A stretch of DNA of 64,000 nt. It comes from an uncultured delta proteobacterium (GTDB lineage Bacteria > Desulfobacterota > DSM-4660 > Desulfatiglandales > HGW-15). Under the pieces are notes generated by a model, which saw only the letters and a program-made list of their open reading frames with translations, was not told the origin of the DNA and did not search any database. This document shows positions 27,717-38,736 of this stretch, piece after piece. The stretch is taken from NCBI GenBank assembly GCA_963815145.1, contig CAWFFS010000010.1:178860-242859 (forward strand). Direction: 5' to 3'. The first letter of the stretch is position 1. The number at the start of each line of letters is the position of its first letter. The position numbers and the translations under genes are program-made.

Positions 27717-28913
27717 ATGAAAACTGATTTTACCATTCCACGTTCTGAGATAAAAAACAGAATCGCCGCCATCCAGAAACACATGCAGGTAAACAATATA
27801 GACGCACTGTGTGTTCTCCAGCAGGCAGACCTCTATTATTTCAGCGGAACAGCACAGAACGGTCTCCTTTTCATCCCTGCAGAAGGAGCGCCCATTCTTT
27901 TCATTATCAAGTATCTTCCAAGGGCCCAAAAAGAATCACCCGTAGATGATATAATAGGCATAAGATCCATCAGGGATGTGCCGGGATTACTAATGGATTA
28001 TCTCGGGCATAATATAGAGACTCTGGCATTTGAATTCGATGTGCTGCCTGTAAGGGATTTCGAGTACTATAAAACCCTTTTCTCTGCTAAAAGGTATGTA
28101 GACGGATCCGGGTTCATCTTAAACACACGGATGATAAAGTCTCCCTGGGAAATAGAACAGATGGAAAAGAGTGCAGAATTGTCACGCAGGACATTTGAGT
28201 ATATCCGATCTTCAATCAGACCTGGATACACTGAGATTGAATTTTCCGGTATGTATGAGACCTTTGCAAGGAAACACGGGCATGACGGTCTTTTAAGGGT
28301 AAGAAATTATCGGGAAAAGGCTTATAACTGGCATATATTGAGCGGTAAAAGCGGTGGAATCGTAGGCGTACTCAATGCCCCGGCGAGCGGCGAGGGGACA
28401 TCACCCGCCTTTCCAAACGGAGCAGGCAACAGGATCATTCAGTCAAATGAGCCAATTATGGTCGACCTGGGAACGGTTATAAATGGTTATCATACTGACG
28501 AAACAAGGATGTTTGCCATAGGTTCCATGCCGGATGAAGCCATGAACGCCTGCATGGCATCAATCGATATTCATGATTACATACTCGACCACACCAGACC
28601 CGGTATTCCTGTACACGAGCTTTATGATATCTCAGTGAAACGTGCCAAAACCCTTGGTGTCTTTTCCCGGTACCTTGGCCCGGAAGGTGAAAAGGTTATC
28701 TTTGTCGGGCATGGCATCGGTCTGGAGCTGGTGGAGCAGCCAATTATCGCCAGGGGAAAAGAGACTGTGCTTGAGCCGGGGATGACTTTCAGCCTTGAGC
28801 CGAAGCTGGTTTACAAAGACCGGTTTTCAGCAGGAATCGAAAGCGTTTTTGTTGTCACTGAATCCGGATGCAGGCTTATAAGCCGGGTTCCTGTTGACAT
28901 ATTTATATGCTGA
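27717..28913 (+). CDS. M24-family metallopeptidase (Xaa-Pro aminopeptidase/creatinase fold)
   Basis: 'VDLGTVINGYHTDETRMF', 'GHGIGLELVEQP', 'FSLEPKL' (pita-bread metal ligands). Confidence 0.8.
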   Translation: MKTDFTIPRSEIKNRIAAIQKHMQVNNIDALCVLQQADLYYFSGTAQNGLLFIPAEGAPILFIIKYLPRAQKESPVDDIIGIRSIRDVPGLLMDYLGHNIETLAFEFDVLPVRDFEYYKTLFSAKRYVDGSGFILNTRMIKSPWEIEQMEKSAELSRRTFEYIRSSIRPGYTEIEFSGMYETFARKHGHDGLLRVRNYREKAYNWHILSGKSGGIVGVLNAPASGEGTSPAFPNGAGNRIIQSNEPIMVDLGTVINGYHTDETRMFAIGSMPDEAMNACMASIDIHDYILDHTRPGIPVHELYDISVKRAKTLGVFSRYLGPEGEKVIFVGHGIGLELVEQPIIARGKETVLEPGMTFSLEPKLVYKDRFSAGIESVFVVTESGCRLISRVPVDIFIC

Positions 28914-28981
28914 TAACAGGATATTCATTATATGTTTTCTGGTAACGTTTTTCGAAATCACAATATTTGAATGGATAAACT

Positions 28982-29986
28982 ATGGATAAAAGACCGGTAA
29001 TAGGTATAACAATGGGAGACCCCGCTGGAATAGGGCCGGAAATAATATGCAGGCTGGCCCGGGAGGATGATGTATTTGAGATATGCAGGCCGATAGTCAT
29101 AGGTGACCCGGGTGTTCTTTCAGAGTATGCTGACGCATCAGTTCGAATAAAGGAAACGGATACAGTTTCCGAGACACAGGGTCGAACAGGTGTTATAGAG
29201 GTCATTAAGATATCCTCCCTTGTTAAAAAAGATTATATCCCAGGAAAGCCTACACTGGCTGGCGGCACAGCCATGGTAAAATATATCCTTGCTGCAGTTG
29301 ATATGGCATTAAAAGCAAACATATCTGCGATGGTCACCTGCCCCCTCAATAAGGCGCTTATGAACAGGGCGGGATATAATTATCAAGGACATACCCAGCT
29401 TATCTCCGATCTGACCGATACTGAAGATTATGTTATGATGCTTGCAGGAAATAAACTCAGGGTCACCCTGGTAACCATACATTGTGCCCTGAGGGATGTG
29501 CCTGGGAAACTAACAACAGATAATATATTAAAGACAATATCCATAACAGCATCATCTCTGAAAAAAGACTTCGGGATCAACGCACCACGGATAGCTGTTG
29601 CGGCGTTGAACCCCCATGCAGGTGAGGAAGGTCTTTTTGGCCTTGAGGAGATATCCGTCATCCGTCCGGCAGTGGACAAGGCCATTGAGCTTGGATATGA
29701 TGTATCGGGTCCCCTTCCTGCCGATACCTTGTATCCAAAGGCGGTTTCAGGCAGTTATGATGCGGTTGTAAACATGTATCATGACCAGGGACTGATCCCG
29801 CTGAAACTTTTACATTTTTCCGACGGGGTAAATGTAACTCTCGGTCTCCCAATTATCAGGACGTCTGTTGACCACGGAACGGCATACGATATTGCGGGTA
29901 AAGGTATTGCAGACCACAGCAGTCTGAAATCCGCTGTCATAATGGCTGCCGGAATGGTGAAGAACAGGATTGACTATTCGGAATAA
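28982..29986 (+). CDS. pdxA: 4-hydroxythreonine-4-phosphate dehydrogenase
   Basis: '[15 protein letters not shown]', 'LNPHAGEEG', '[15 protein letters not shown]'. Confidence 0.9.
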   Translation: MDKRPVIGITMGDPAGIGPEIICRLAREDDVFEICRPIVIGDPGVLSEYADASVRIKETDTVSETQGRTGVIEVIKISSLVKKDYIPGKPTLAGGTAMVKYILAAVDMALKANISAMVTCPLNKALMNRAGYNYQGHTQLISDLTDTEDYVMMLAGNKLRVTLVTIHCALRDVPGKLTTDNILKTISITASSLKKDFGINAPRIAVAALNPHAGEEGLFGLEEISVIRPAVDKAIELGYDVSGPLPADTLYPKAVSGSYDAVVNMYHDQGLIPLKLLHFSDGVNVTLGLPIIRTSVDHGTAYDIAGKGIADHSSLKSAVIMAAGMVKNRIDYSE

Positions 29987-29988
29987 AG

Positions 29989-32814
29989 ATGACGGCAAGT
30001 GAAATCAAGATAAGAGGGGCCAGGGTACACAACCTGAAGAGTATCAACCTTGATATCCCCAGAGACAGGATGGTTGTCATTACCGGTTTGTCCGGATCAG
30101 GAAAATCATCCCTTGCCTTTGACACCATATATGCCGAAGGTCAAAGGAGATACGTAGAATCCCTTTCAGCCTATGCCAGGCAGTTTCTCGGGCAGATGGA
30201 CAAACCTGATGTGGACTACATAGATGGCCTGTCTCCGGCTATTTCTATTGAGCAGATGGTATCGAGCAGGAACCCGCGATCCACCGTAGCGACCGTTACC
30301 GAAATATATGACTACTTAAGACTGCTTTATGCAAGGATAGGCCGTTCCCACTGCCCGAAATGCGGGACTGAAATATCTGCCCAGACAACACAGGCCATTG
30401 TGGATAGAATAATGTCCTTTGAATATGGCACAAAAATCCAGATTCTGGCTCCGATCGAGGAAGGCCGCAAAGGAGATTTCCATAAGCACTTTAATAAACT
30501 TAGAAAAGACGGCTTTACCCGTGTAAAGATCGATAATGAAATCAGGCTGCTGGATGAAGATATCAGACTGGATAAAAATAAAAAACACAGCTTAAATGTA
30601 GTGATAGACAGGCTGATTATCAACAGTGACATAAAAAACCGCCTTACCGATTCAATGGAATTGACCCTCAAGATGGCAAACGGCCAGGCAATTGTCGATG
30701 TCACAGGTTCGGAAGAAATATTTTTCAGTACAAACGCCGCATGCAGAAAATGCGGCATAAGTATCCCCGAACTTACCCCTCAGATGTTTTCATTCAATAA
30801 TCCGCAGGGTGCCTGCCATACATGCAGCGGCCTGGGGAAAAAAAGATACTTTGACCCTGACTTAATAATCCCTGACCCTGCGCTTTCTCTCAGAGAGGGT
30901 GCTATTGCTCCATGGGCAAAGAGAAATTCTGTCTATTACCAGCAGATGCTTGATTCTATCTGCAAACATTATGATATCGATATATACCAGTCCTTTGAAA
31001 GTATAGGCAGTGAAAAACGGCAAATACTCCTCTATGGATCAGGAGATGTTCAAATAAATTTTTATTTTGAGAAGGACGGAAAGCGTTATGATTATGACCG
31101 CCCGTTTGAAGGAATAATACCGGCCCTTGAAAGAAGGTACAACGAAACCGATTCCTTCCAGGCAAGAGAAGAAATAGAAAGATATATGGGCATAATGGAC
31201 TGCCCCGAATGCAGCGGCGCCAGGTTAAACGAGATGAGCAGGGCAGTAACGATTGGCGGAATTTCAATCCATGAACTCACGGCATTTTCCATTAAAAAGG
31301 CGTACGAATATTTCAATAACCTTGTACTTGATGCAAGAGAAGCGCTGATATCAAAACGGGTAATAAAGGAGCTGCAGGACAGGATAACATTTCTCAATAA
31401 CATTGGCCTTTCATACCTGACCCTTGACAGGACTGCCTCAACACTCTCCGGAGGAGAGAACCAGAGAATAAGGCTTGCGACACAGATAAGCTCGGGGTTG
31501 GCAGGTGTCCTCTATGTCCTGGATGAGCCGAGCATAGGGCTTCACCAGAGAGACAACCGCCTGCTGCTTGACAACCTTATCAGGCTAAAGGATCTTGGAA
31601 ATACGGTCCTTATCGTAGAACATGATGCTGAAACTATTGAAGCGGCTGATTATGTTGTCGATATGGGGCCTGGTGCAGGAGTAAACGGCGGAGAGGTGGT
31701 ATTCAGCGGGACGCCGGAAGAACTGTTAAAATCCGGTGAATCCCTGACAGGGCAATATCTTTCGGGAAAGCTCAAAATACCCGTACCTGAAAAAAGAAGA
31801 AAAGGTAATGATAAAAAACTTATTGTCCGCGGGGCGGGGCAAAACAATCTTAAAGATATTGATGTGGAGTTTCCACTGGGAACATTCATTTGTATAACAG
31901 GTGTTTCCGGATCAGGAAAAAGCAGCCTCATAAACGAAACGCTCTACCCTGCCCTGGCCCAGAAACTGTATCGATTAAAAAAGACTGCCGGAAAACACAG
32001 AGAAATAAGAGGGATTGAATATATTGACAAGGTGATCAGCATTGATCAGGCCCCTATCGGTCGCACACCCCGCTCCAATCCTGCAACATATACGGGTATC
32101 ATGGCCTATGTCAGGGACCTGTTTGCCATGCTTCCCGAGTCCAGGATGAGGGGTTACAAATCAGGCAGATTCAGTTTTAATGTAAAGGGTGGGCGCTGTG
32201 AAGTATGCAATGGTGATGGTCTGATAAAAATCGAAATGCATTTTCTGCCTGATGTTCATGTCCTGTGCGAATCCTGCAAAGGAAAAAGGTTTAACAGGGA
32301 CACCCTCGAGATAAAATACAGGGGTATGAATATCGCTGAAGTCATGGATATGACCATAAACCAAAGCTTTAAGTTTTTTGAAAATATACCTAATATTAAA
32401 AATAAACTTAAGACTCTCGTTGACGTAGGACTTGGCTATGTAAAGCTGGGTCAATCTGCAACCACCCTTTCAGGCGGGGAGGCACAGAGAATAAAACTCG
32501 GGAGAGAATTAAGTAAACGCAATACCGGAAGAACACTCTACCTGCTGGACGAACCCACGACCGGGCTGCATTTTGAGGATATCAAAAAACTGGTTGAGGT
32601 TTTAAGATACCTTGTCTCCATAGGCAACACGGTCATAGTAATTGAACACAACCTCGATGTGATCAAATCAGCAGATTATATAATAGACCTCGGACCCGAG
32701 GGCGGTGACAGAGGTGGCAACATCGTGGCAACTGGAACACCCGAGGAAATTACAAATACCGAAGGGTCTTATACTGCTTTTTATCTGAAAAAGGCATTGG
32801 AAAAGATGCAATAG
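29989..32814 (+). CDS. uvrA: excinuclease ABC subunit A
   Basis: 941 aa. Two ABC modules ('[14 protein letters not shown]', '[10 protein letters not shown]', two 'LSGGE.QR' signatures) and Zn-finger CxxC pairs. Confidence 0.97.
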   Translation: MTASEIKIRGARVHNLKSINLDIPRDRMVVITGLSGSGKSSLAFDTIYAEGQRRYVESLSAYARQFLGQMDKPDVDYIDGLSPAISIEQMVSSRNPRSTVATVTEIYDYLRLLYARIGRSHCPKCGTEISAQTTQAIVDRIMSFEYGTKIQILAPIEEGRKGDFHKHFNKLRKDGFTRVKIDNEIRLLDEDIRLDKNKKHSLNVVIDRLIINSDIKNRLTDSMELTLKMANGQAIVDVTGSEEIFFSTNAACRKCGISIPELTPQMFSFNNPQGACHTCSGLGKKRYFDPDLIIPDPALSLREGAIAPWAKRNSVYYQQMLDSICKHYDIDIYQSFESIGSEKRQILLYGSGDVQINFYFEKDGKRYDYDRPFEGIIPALERRYNETDSFQAREEIERYMGIMDCPECSGARLNEMSRAVTIGGISIHELTAFSIKKAYEYFNNLVLDAREALISKRVIKELQDRITFLNNIGLSYLTLDRTASTLSGGENQRIRLATQISSGLAGVLYVLDEPSIGLHQRDNRLLLDNLIRLKDLGNTVLIVEHDAETIEAADYVVDMGPGAGVNGGEVVFSGTPEELLKSGESLTGQYLSGKLKIPVPEKRRKGNDKKLIVRGAGQNNLKDIDVEFPLGTFICITGVSGSGKSSLINETLYPALAQKLYRLKKTAGKHREIRGIEYIDKVISIDQAPIGRTPRSNPATYTGIMAYVRDLFAMLPESRMRGYKSGRFSFNVKGGRCEVCNGDGLIKIEMHFLPDVHVLCESCKGKRFNRDTLEIKYRGMNIAEVMDMTINQSFKFFENIPNIKNKLKTLVDVGLGYVKLGQSATTLSGGEAQRIKLGRELSKRNTGRTLYLLDEPTTGLHFEDIKKLVEVLRYLVSIGNTVIVIEHNLDVIKSADYIIDLGPEGGDRGGNIVATGTPEEITNTEGSYTAFYLKKALEKMQ

Positions 32815-32885
32815 ATTGAAAGTTTTCAAGAAAAGTGCTACACATCCCCGCTTAAACCGGAAATAAAACAATCGGAGTTATCTCA

Positions 32886-35009
32886 ATGAAAAAATTGATT
32901 ACATCGGCGTTACCATATGTAAATAACATTCCCCACCTGGGGAACATTATAGGCTGTGTCCTTTCTGCTGATACCTACGCAAGATTCTGCCGCCTTAAGG
33001 GTTATGAAACACTTTTTGTCTGCGGAACGGATGAATATGGAACAGCCACAGAGACAAAGGCAAGAGAGGAAGGCCTTACACCCCGGCAGATATGCGATAA
33101 GTATCATGCACTCCATAAGGATATATATGAACATTTCAACATATCTTTTGATATATTCGGAAGGACATCGACCGAAAAACAAACGGAAATAGCACAGGGC
33201 ATATTCAAAGACCTCGAGGCAAAAGGACTTATATCAGAGGAGACCTCAAACAGGGTCTACTGTGAAAATGACAACATGTTTCTGGCTGACAGGTATGTCG
33301 AAGGGACCTGCCCCCACTGCGGAGATGAAGGTGCGAGAGGGGATCAGTGTGATAACTGCGGGAAGCTTCTGGAACCGGAGAATTTGAAAAATCCCCGCTG
33401 CAAGATATGCGGAGCTACTCCTGTTTTAAAAGAGACTTCTCATCTCTACCTGAAACTGGACGAACTCCAGGACAGACTCAGGGAATGGTCGGACAATGCA
33501 TCCCAAAAGGGGAACTGGACAAACAATGCAATCCAGACCACGCTGTCCTGGTTTGAAAAGGGGCTTCAGCCAAGGCCCATCACCAGGGATTTATCATGGG
33601 GAATACCTGTACCCAGGCCCGGTTACGAAAACAAGGTCTTCTATGTGTGGTTTGATGCACCAATAGGGTATATATCAATTACAGCAAATGAAAAGGATGA
33701 CTGGAAAGAGTGGTGGCAGAACCCTGATGAGGTGACCCTTTATCAGTTCATGGCAAAGGACAATATCCCCTTTCACACTGTAATTTTTCCGGCGTCACTT
33801 ATTGGAACAGGTAAAAACTGGACCCTCCTTTACCATATCAATGCAACCGAGTATCTTAATTATGAAAATACCAAGTTTTCCAAATCCAGAAATATAGGCG
33901 TGTTCGGGAATAATGTAAAAGAGACCGGTATTCACATTGACCTGTGGAGATTTTACCTTCTCGCAAACAGGCCGGAAAGAAACGACAGCCAGTTTACCTG
34001 GGATGACTTCATTGAAAAGGTCAATTCGGAGTTTACCGATAATATTGGCAACATGGTCAATCGCGCGCTTATTTATTTAAAGAAAAACTTTAACGGTGAG
34101 ATTAAAGATATTGATTTACCTGAATCTCACAGATTGTTCATAGAGGCATGCAAAAAAGAACTGGAACAGGTTACAGAGGCATTTGAGGCAGTAAGGATAC
34201 GCGATGCAATCAGGACTATACTTGCAATTGGCAACAGGGGAAACAAGTTTTTTCAGGACATGCAGCCATGGGATCGTATAAAAACCGAACCTGATCATGC
34301 TCATGCAACAGTTTCCATCCTGGCATACCTGGTAAAGAGCGTCGCTATAGCACTGAGCCCCTTTATGCCGGAGACATCCGAAAACATAAGGGAATTCATG
34401 AATATAGACTCGTGGACATGGAATGACATAGGCCGATTTGAAGGAATGAATGGTCATATAATCGGTCAACCTGCTATTATCCATAAAAAACTTGATCCCA
34501 AACTTGCTGAAAAATTCAGGAAACAATTCAGCGGAAAACAGTCGGACTTCGGGCGGGCCCAGCTAAGGGTAGGCAGGATCAAAGAAGTAAAAAAACATCC
34601 TAATGCCGATCAGCTTTACTGGCTCTCAATTGACCTTGGCGAAGAGGCGTCCAGAAGTGTTGTTGCCGGCCTGGTAAAAAAATATACTCCGGTAGAACTT
34701 GAAGGGCGCAAGGTTGTTCTGCTGGCCAACCTGAAACCAACAAGGATCAGGGACATTAAATCGGAGGGAATGGTCCTGGTCTGTAAGCACAGGAACAAGA
34801 TGGAACTTCTGGACGCGGGCCCCTTTGAACCGGGCCAGATAGTGATGGTGGATAAACAGAAAGTGGATCACAGCGAACTGACCATTGAAGAGTTCAACGA
34901 GATTGACCTTCTGGTAAAGGACGGGCAATTAATGTCCGGCGAACAGAAATGCCATATCGGAGGCACACCTGTTGAGACTCACCAGCTCAAAACCGGCAAA
35001 GTATGCTGA
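32886..35009 (+). CDS. metG: methionine--tRNA ligase with C-terminal tRNA-binding domain
   Basis: 'SALPYVNNIPHLGN', Zn knuckles 'CPHCG...CDNCG...CKICG', 'KFSKSRN' (KMSKS), C-terminal 'VGRIKEVKKHPNADQLYWLSIDLGE'. Confidence 0.97.
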   Translation: MKKLITSALPYVNNIPHLGNIIGCVLSADTYARFCRLKGYETLFVCGTDEYGTATETKAREEGLTPRQICDKYHALHKDIYEHFNISFDIFGRTSTEKQTEIAQGIFKDLEAKGLISEETSNRVYCENDNMFLADRYVEGTCPHCGDEGARGDQCDNCGKLLEPENLKNPRCKICGATPVLKETSHLYLKLDELQDRLREWSDNASQKGNWTNNAIQTTLSWFEKGLQPRPITRDLSWGIPVPRPGYENKVFYVWFDAPIGYISITANEKDDWKEWWQNPDEVTLYQFMAKDNIPFHTVIFPASLIGTGKNWTLLYHINATEYLNYENTKFSKSRNIGVFGNNVKETGIHIDLWRFYLLANRPERNDSQFTWDDFIEKVNSEFTDNIGNMVNRALIYLKKNFNGEIKDIDLPESHRLFIEACKKELEQVTEAFEAVRIRDAIRTILAIGNRGNKFFQDMQPWDRIKTEPDHAHATVSILAYLVKSVAIALSPFMPETSENIREFMNIDSWTWNDIGRFEGMNGHIIGQPAIIHKKLDPKLAEKFRKQFSGKQSDFGRAQLRVGRIKEVKKHPNADQLYWLSIDLGEEASRSVVAGLVKKYTPVELEGRKVVLLANLKPTRIRDIKSEGMVLVCKHRNKMELLDAGPFEPGQIVMVDKQKVDHSELTIEEFNEIDLLVKDGQLMSGEQKCHIGGTPVETHQLKTGKVC

Positions 35010-35748
35010 AACAATAGGAAAACGCAAATTCATCAAACTTTCCTCTTCACGGCAGCATGAGTACCTTGCCTTTCTTGCCCGGGAAGCCCTTAAAACAGTC
35101 GATTTTTCGGGCTTCTTCAAAAGATACACGGAAATGCAGTCCTGGGTGGAGCTGGATCAATACACTCCACCTGATTATCTCTCAGATGATGAGGCCGTGT
35201 ATGAGTATTTCCTGTTTCACAGGGGTTTCAGTGCTAATCCTGACATTTTTGAAGAAAAGGAGATACTATTCGAAGGTCAGAAATCATTTTCATGGGATCC
35301 GAAATTCGATGTAACCATCGTACTTGACCAGGTGAGAAGCCCCTATAATACCGGCTCAGTATTGAGGCTGATCGACAACTTCGGGTTCAGTAGACTGGTC
35401 CATAATGCGGACTGGTTGAGACTGGATCATCCTCAGCTCCGCAAGGCCGCAAGGGGTTCCGAGAGATGGATACCTGTCGAGCATAAACCGGACCTGTTGG
35501 GTTGGATCACAGATATAAAGATTCCGGTGATCGGTGTTGAAAATTCGGAGGATGCCATATCCATCGATGAATGGCACCCCCAGATACCCTGCATCCTTAT
35601 CATAGGAAACGAGGTTTACGGCATAACCGCAAAATTACGCGAACAGTGTGATATTCTTGTAAAGATTCCGATGTTCGGTTTCAAGCAATCCATGAATCTT
35701 CATCATGCACTTGCCATTGCAGGCTATAAAATCACTTCTGCATCCTGA
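34972..35748 (+). CDS. TrmH/SpoU-family RNA 2'-O-methyltransferase
   Basis: SpoU motifs 'VLDQVRSPYNTGSVLRLIDNFG', 'ILIIGNEVYGI', 'IPMFGFKQSMNLHHALAIAGY'. The start is uncertain because the ORF overlaps the metG 3' end by 38 nt. Confidence 0.7.
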   Translation: MRLTSSKPAKYAETIGKRKFIKLSSSRQHEYLAFLAREALKTVDFSGFFKRYTEMQSWVELDQYTPPDYLSDDEAVYEYFLFHRGFSANPDIFEEKEILFEGQKSFSWDPKFDVTIVLDQVRSPYNTGSVLRLIDNFGFSRLVHNADWLRLDHPQLRKAARGSERWIPVEHKPDLLGWITDIKIPVIGVENSEDAISIDEWHPQIPCILIIGNEVYGITAKLREQCDILVKIPMFGFKQSMNLHHALAIAGYKITSAS

Positions 35749-37113
35749 TTAATCGCTTTGTTCAGAGCGGATCAGCAGCCTGTCTCCCGATTTTTCAAGT
35801 ATAAGTTTTTTATCCGATTTAACAGAGAAGTTGGAGGATTTGTAGCCCTGCGAAAAACTGACTGTAATCAGGTTTTCTTTATCAGGATTAGATATCTTTA
35901 CATTCGTTATTTCAATCCTGATCCATTTTTTTCTTCTATTTTTTCTTGATTTATCGGATGCCCATCCTTTTTTGTCCAGCCTTCCTGATTTGAAGTCATC
36001 CGCATAAAAGGAGATATACCTTGCAATATCCCCATTTTTTCCAGCGCTCATCTCCCAGGCGGTCTTCCATTCATCTAAAAAGTCATGAACCCGGGCGTCT
36101 AGATCGCTTTTTAATTTTTTCTCCCGAGCGGTAGGGGTTTCAACGGGCGTCGGCTCTTTTTTCTCGATTATAACCGGATTCTTTACGGCGGTTACCTTTT
36201 CAGGCTGTGGCCGTTTTATCACCTTCTTCCGGATTTCCGTTGACTGGCTGCCAGTACGATCCTCAACAACAATTGGTTCTGTCTGAGCACTTGTTGTTAT
36301 TTCAGTGGTAGAATCATCACTGTACCTTACCATGTACAGGCTGCCTCCGACTATAATAATAAGGAAGGAAATGACATAGATCGATAGGATTTTCCTTATC
36401 CATTTCGGGGTAATACCATACCTGATTATACCCAGTGTAAAACCTTCATCCCCTCCCTTTCTCCGGAAAAGTTCAATGATGCTTTTACAGAGCTTTTTGG
36501 GATTTTTTACCTTTCTTGAAAGCCATTGAATATCTCGATTTGATATCCTTTCGGTCAGTCTTTCGGTTGTAAGTACAACCATACCCTTCTTCTCAAGGGG
36601 GTATTTCTTTATATAAATATCAGGTGATTCATGTATCCCAAGGCCTTTTATTAATGCCTGAAGGGCCCTGGGATCATCATATCGCTTTTCTGCAAAAGGG
36701 TCTTCTTCCCTGAGGGTGTGGTCACGCGTAAGCTGGTTTAATTCATTATCCTGAAAAAGATATATCCTGCTGTCACCCATGTGAGAAAAATACATTATCT
36801 TATTCTGGATAAAGAGAATACATACGGATGCAGCCATTTTTTCATTGATCTGAATCCTTTCATTCAGGATTATCCTGTTTGCTTCCTGCAGGGAGTAGGC
36901 TATTGCATCACTTGGCGAATCAAGCTTTTCCATGTATTTGAAAAAGGACTCAAAGATAGTTCTGCATGCAAGATTGGAGGCTTTCGATCCAAGGTATTCT
37001 TTGCCTACACCATCAATAATTACAAAAAGATTATTGTGATGAATGCAATTATTTTCTTTTTCGATTACCTGGCTGCCGGAATAGGTAACAAATGAATAAT
37101 TTATGTCTTTCAT
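35749..37113 (-). CDS. PP2C-family Ser/Thr phosphatase domain, TM helix, and C-terminal extracytoplasmic domain of unknown function
   Basis: 'FVIIDGVGKEYLGSKAS' and 'SHMGDSRIYLF' are PP2C-like. TM helix 'ILSIYVISFLIIIVGGSLYMV'. The C-terminal roughly 110 aa are unassigned. Confidence 0.65.
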   Translation of the reverse strand: MKDINYSFVTYSGSQVIEKENNCIHHNNLFVIIDGVGKEYLGSKASNLACRTIFESFFKYMEKLDSPSDAIAYSLQEANRIILNERIQINEKMAASVCILFIQNKIMYFSHMGDSRIYLFQDNELNQLTRDHTLREEDPFAEKRYDDPRALQALIKGLGIHESPDIYIKKYPLEKKGMVVLTTERLTERISNRDIQWLSRKVKNPKKLCKSIIELFRRKGGDEGFTLGIIRYGITPKWIRKILSIYVISFLIIIVGGSLYMVRYSDDSTTEITTSAQTEPIVVEDRTGSQSTEIRKKVIKRPQPEKVTAVKNPVIIEKKEPTPVETPTAREKKLKSDLDARVHDFLDEWKTAWEMSAGKNGDIARYISFYADDFKSGRLDKKGWASDKSRKNRRKKWIRIEITNVKISNPDKENLITVSFSQGYKSSNFSVKSDKKLILEKSGDRLLIRSEQSD

Positions 37114-37252
37114 TGCGTAAGGTTGGTAAAAGAAAGTAAATTTAAATGTTATTATCAGATATTTACATTATGAGTCAAGCTCAAAACCCTCTTACCCTCA
37201 CGACAATTTTTATTAATTAGTGACCATCCAAAAATGTTCGTTTTTTGCTAAA

Positions 37253-37339
37253 AGCTATCAGCCATCAGCATTCAGCTGTCAGATTAAAGTATAAAAATCA
37301 AAGGCTTGGATGATCGATAATCGCTGACCGCTGAAAGCT
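37253..37339. repeat. imperfect inverted repeat built from TCAGC-periodic units (orphan hairpin element)
   Basis: AGCTaTCAGCcaTCAGCatT (37253-37272) against the reverse complement of 37319-37339, AGCTtTCAGCggTCAGCgatT. It is flanked by similar ~22-nt direct repeats CCATCCA(A/G)AAAT..TTTTT at 37225 and 37341. Confidence 0.35.
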
Positions 37340-37455
37340 CCATCCAGAAATTGTCTTTTTCTTGATGGACACTGCTAATTTTACAAGGCAAATGAAATGG
37401 ATTAAATCCATTCCGGCACTAAATAGCCTCCGGAACGGATTCGTATTGAAGTTTA

Positions 37456-37746
37456 TTACTCTTTTTCAACAAAGATCAGGTCTTTTATTAATTCAAACTT
37501 TTTCTGACCGATACCCTTCACTTTCATTAAATCCTCTATCGTTTTAAATTTTCCATTTTTTTCTCTATATTCAATTATTCTCTCTGCATATTTTTTCCCG
37601 ATTCCTTTCAGCTTGATTAGCTCCTGAACGGTTGCCTTGTTAAGGTCAACCTTTACTGCATCGACAGCCTGCACAACTCCTGCTGCTGCAAATACGATAA
37701 CAATACACAAAACAATAATTCTTCTCAATTTAAGCATCTCCGTCAT
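37456..37746 (-). CDS. ComEA-family helix-hairpin-helix DNA-binding protein
   Basis: AAGGAGG RBS lies 8 nt upstream of the ATG at 37746. N-terminal TM/signal segment. Tandem HhH 'VDLNKATVQELIKLKGIGKKYAERII...EDLMKVKGIGQKKFELI'. Confidence 0.8.
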   Translation of the reverse strand: MTEMLKLRRIIVLCIVIVFAAAGVVQAVDAVKVDLNKATVQELIKLKGIGKKYAERIIEYREKNGKFKTIEDLMKVKGIGQKKFELIKDLIFVEKE

Positions 37747-38037
37747 TGACAAAGCCTCCTTTTTCTAAAAGGTTGATAAAATCCATCACAGAAATACTAT
37801 GCCTGTAATGGTAACATTTTGATGTTTTTTTAATTTTTAAAAGGAAAGCAATTATGCTAATTACAATTTTGGTGCCAATCCTGGAGTCTCGTTACAAAAA
37901 TTAAAAACAAAGTATAGCCACTTCAAATATACCCCATAATATCAGACATATACAATTTACCTTAACCATAATAATTTATATAGTTCACTGAACCGGTGAT
38001 TTTTTTTAAAAAAAAAACGTAGAATTTCTTAGCTACT

Positions 38038-38077
38038 TGCACATATTTATGTGCATCAATGCACACAAATATGTGCA
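38038..38077. promoter_or_regulatory. second tandem TGCACA-N6-TGTGCA palindrome pair (candidate bEBP UAS)
   Basis: TGCACAtatttaTGTGCA (38038-38055) and TGCACAcaaataTGTGCA (38060-38077), with centres 22 bp apart. They lie about 100 bp upstream of the -24/-12 element at 38154-38170. Confidence 0.6.
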
Positions 38078-38153
38078 AAGAATCCAAATATTTTTTGCGT
38101 GTTTTTAAGCAGGTTATTTGTTGCGCACAAAATTATTTTCATATAAAATCGCT

Positions 38154-38170
38154 TGGGAATGTTTTTTGCA
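38154..38170 (+). promoter_or_regulatory. sigma-54 (-24/-12) promoter
   Basis: tGGGAATGTTTTTTGCAt. GG (38156-57) and GC (38168-69) have the canonical spacing, the -12 element is TTGCA, and there is a G at the consensus +7 position. AGGAG RBS and the ATG (38199) follow about 30 nt downstream. Confidence 0.6.
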
Positions 38171-38198
38171 TACCATCCCTTCATAGGAGCGCTACAGA

Positions 38199-38735
38199 AT
38201 GAGTGATGCAGACAATATCCAGAGAAATGATGAGATAATAAAAATATTAAGAGCCATAACACCATTAAGTCAGATAAGAGATGAGGATATCAGAGGACTC
38301 CTGAAATCCAGCAAAATGATAAAGTATGAACCAAACGAAGTAATTATCTCTGAAGGTGATTACAGCTGCTGGATTTACTTTCTGATAAAGGGAGAAGCAG
38401 GAATTCAAAAAGAAGGTGAAATAATAAATACCCTGACGCGATGTGGAGATATTTTTGGTGAAATGGGCATAATCGATAATTCTCCACGGTCAGCCACAAT
38501 TGTTGCAGTCACCAGTGCAGTATGTCTGGCAATTGACACATCATATGCTGAAAAATTAAGAGGTAATGAGAAAAATGCCTTTAACTCAATTTTATACAGA
38601 ATTTTTTCAGAAATTCTTACTGAAAGACTCAGACGTATGGATGAAGAGCTTATCAGGATAAAAAATGAAAATTACCGTCTTATAACCGAACTTGAAGTGA
38701 TAAAATCCGGTGTGAAATTGGAGATACTCCCCTGA
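38199..38735 (+). CDS. cyclic nucleotide-binding domain protein with C-terminal coiled coil (no DNA-binding domain)
   Basis: cNMP phosphate-binding cassette 'FGEMGIIDNSPRSATIVA' and beta-roll 'VIISEGDYSCWIYFLIKGE'. The C-terminus 'RLRRMDEELIRIKNENYRLITELE' is coiled-coil rather than HTH. Confidence 0.8.
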   Translation: MSDADNIQRNDEIIKILRAITPLSQIRDEDIRGLLKSSKMIKYEPNEVIISEGDYSCWIYFLIKGEAGIQKEGEIINTLTRCGDIFGEMGIIDNSPRSATIVAVTSAVCLAIDTSYAEKLRGNEKNAFNSILYRIFSEILTERLRRMDEELIRIKNENYRLITELEVIKSGVKLEILP

Positions 38736-38736
38736 A

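Noticed and set aside
38199-38735. The cNMP-binding protein as the HcpR/FNR-type regulator of the hcp site at 47596-47609
   Set aside because: The protein ends in a coiled coil and has no helix-turn-helix, so it cannot be a Crp/Fnr-type DNA binder.
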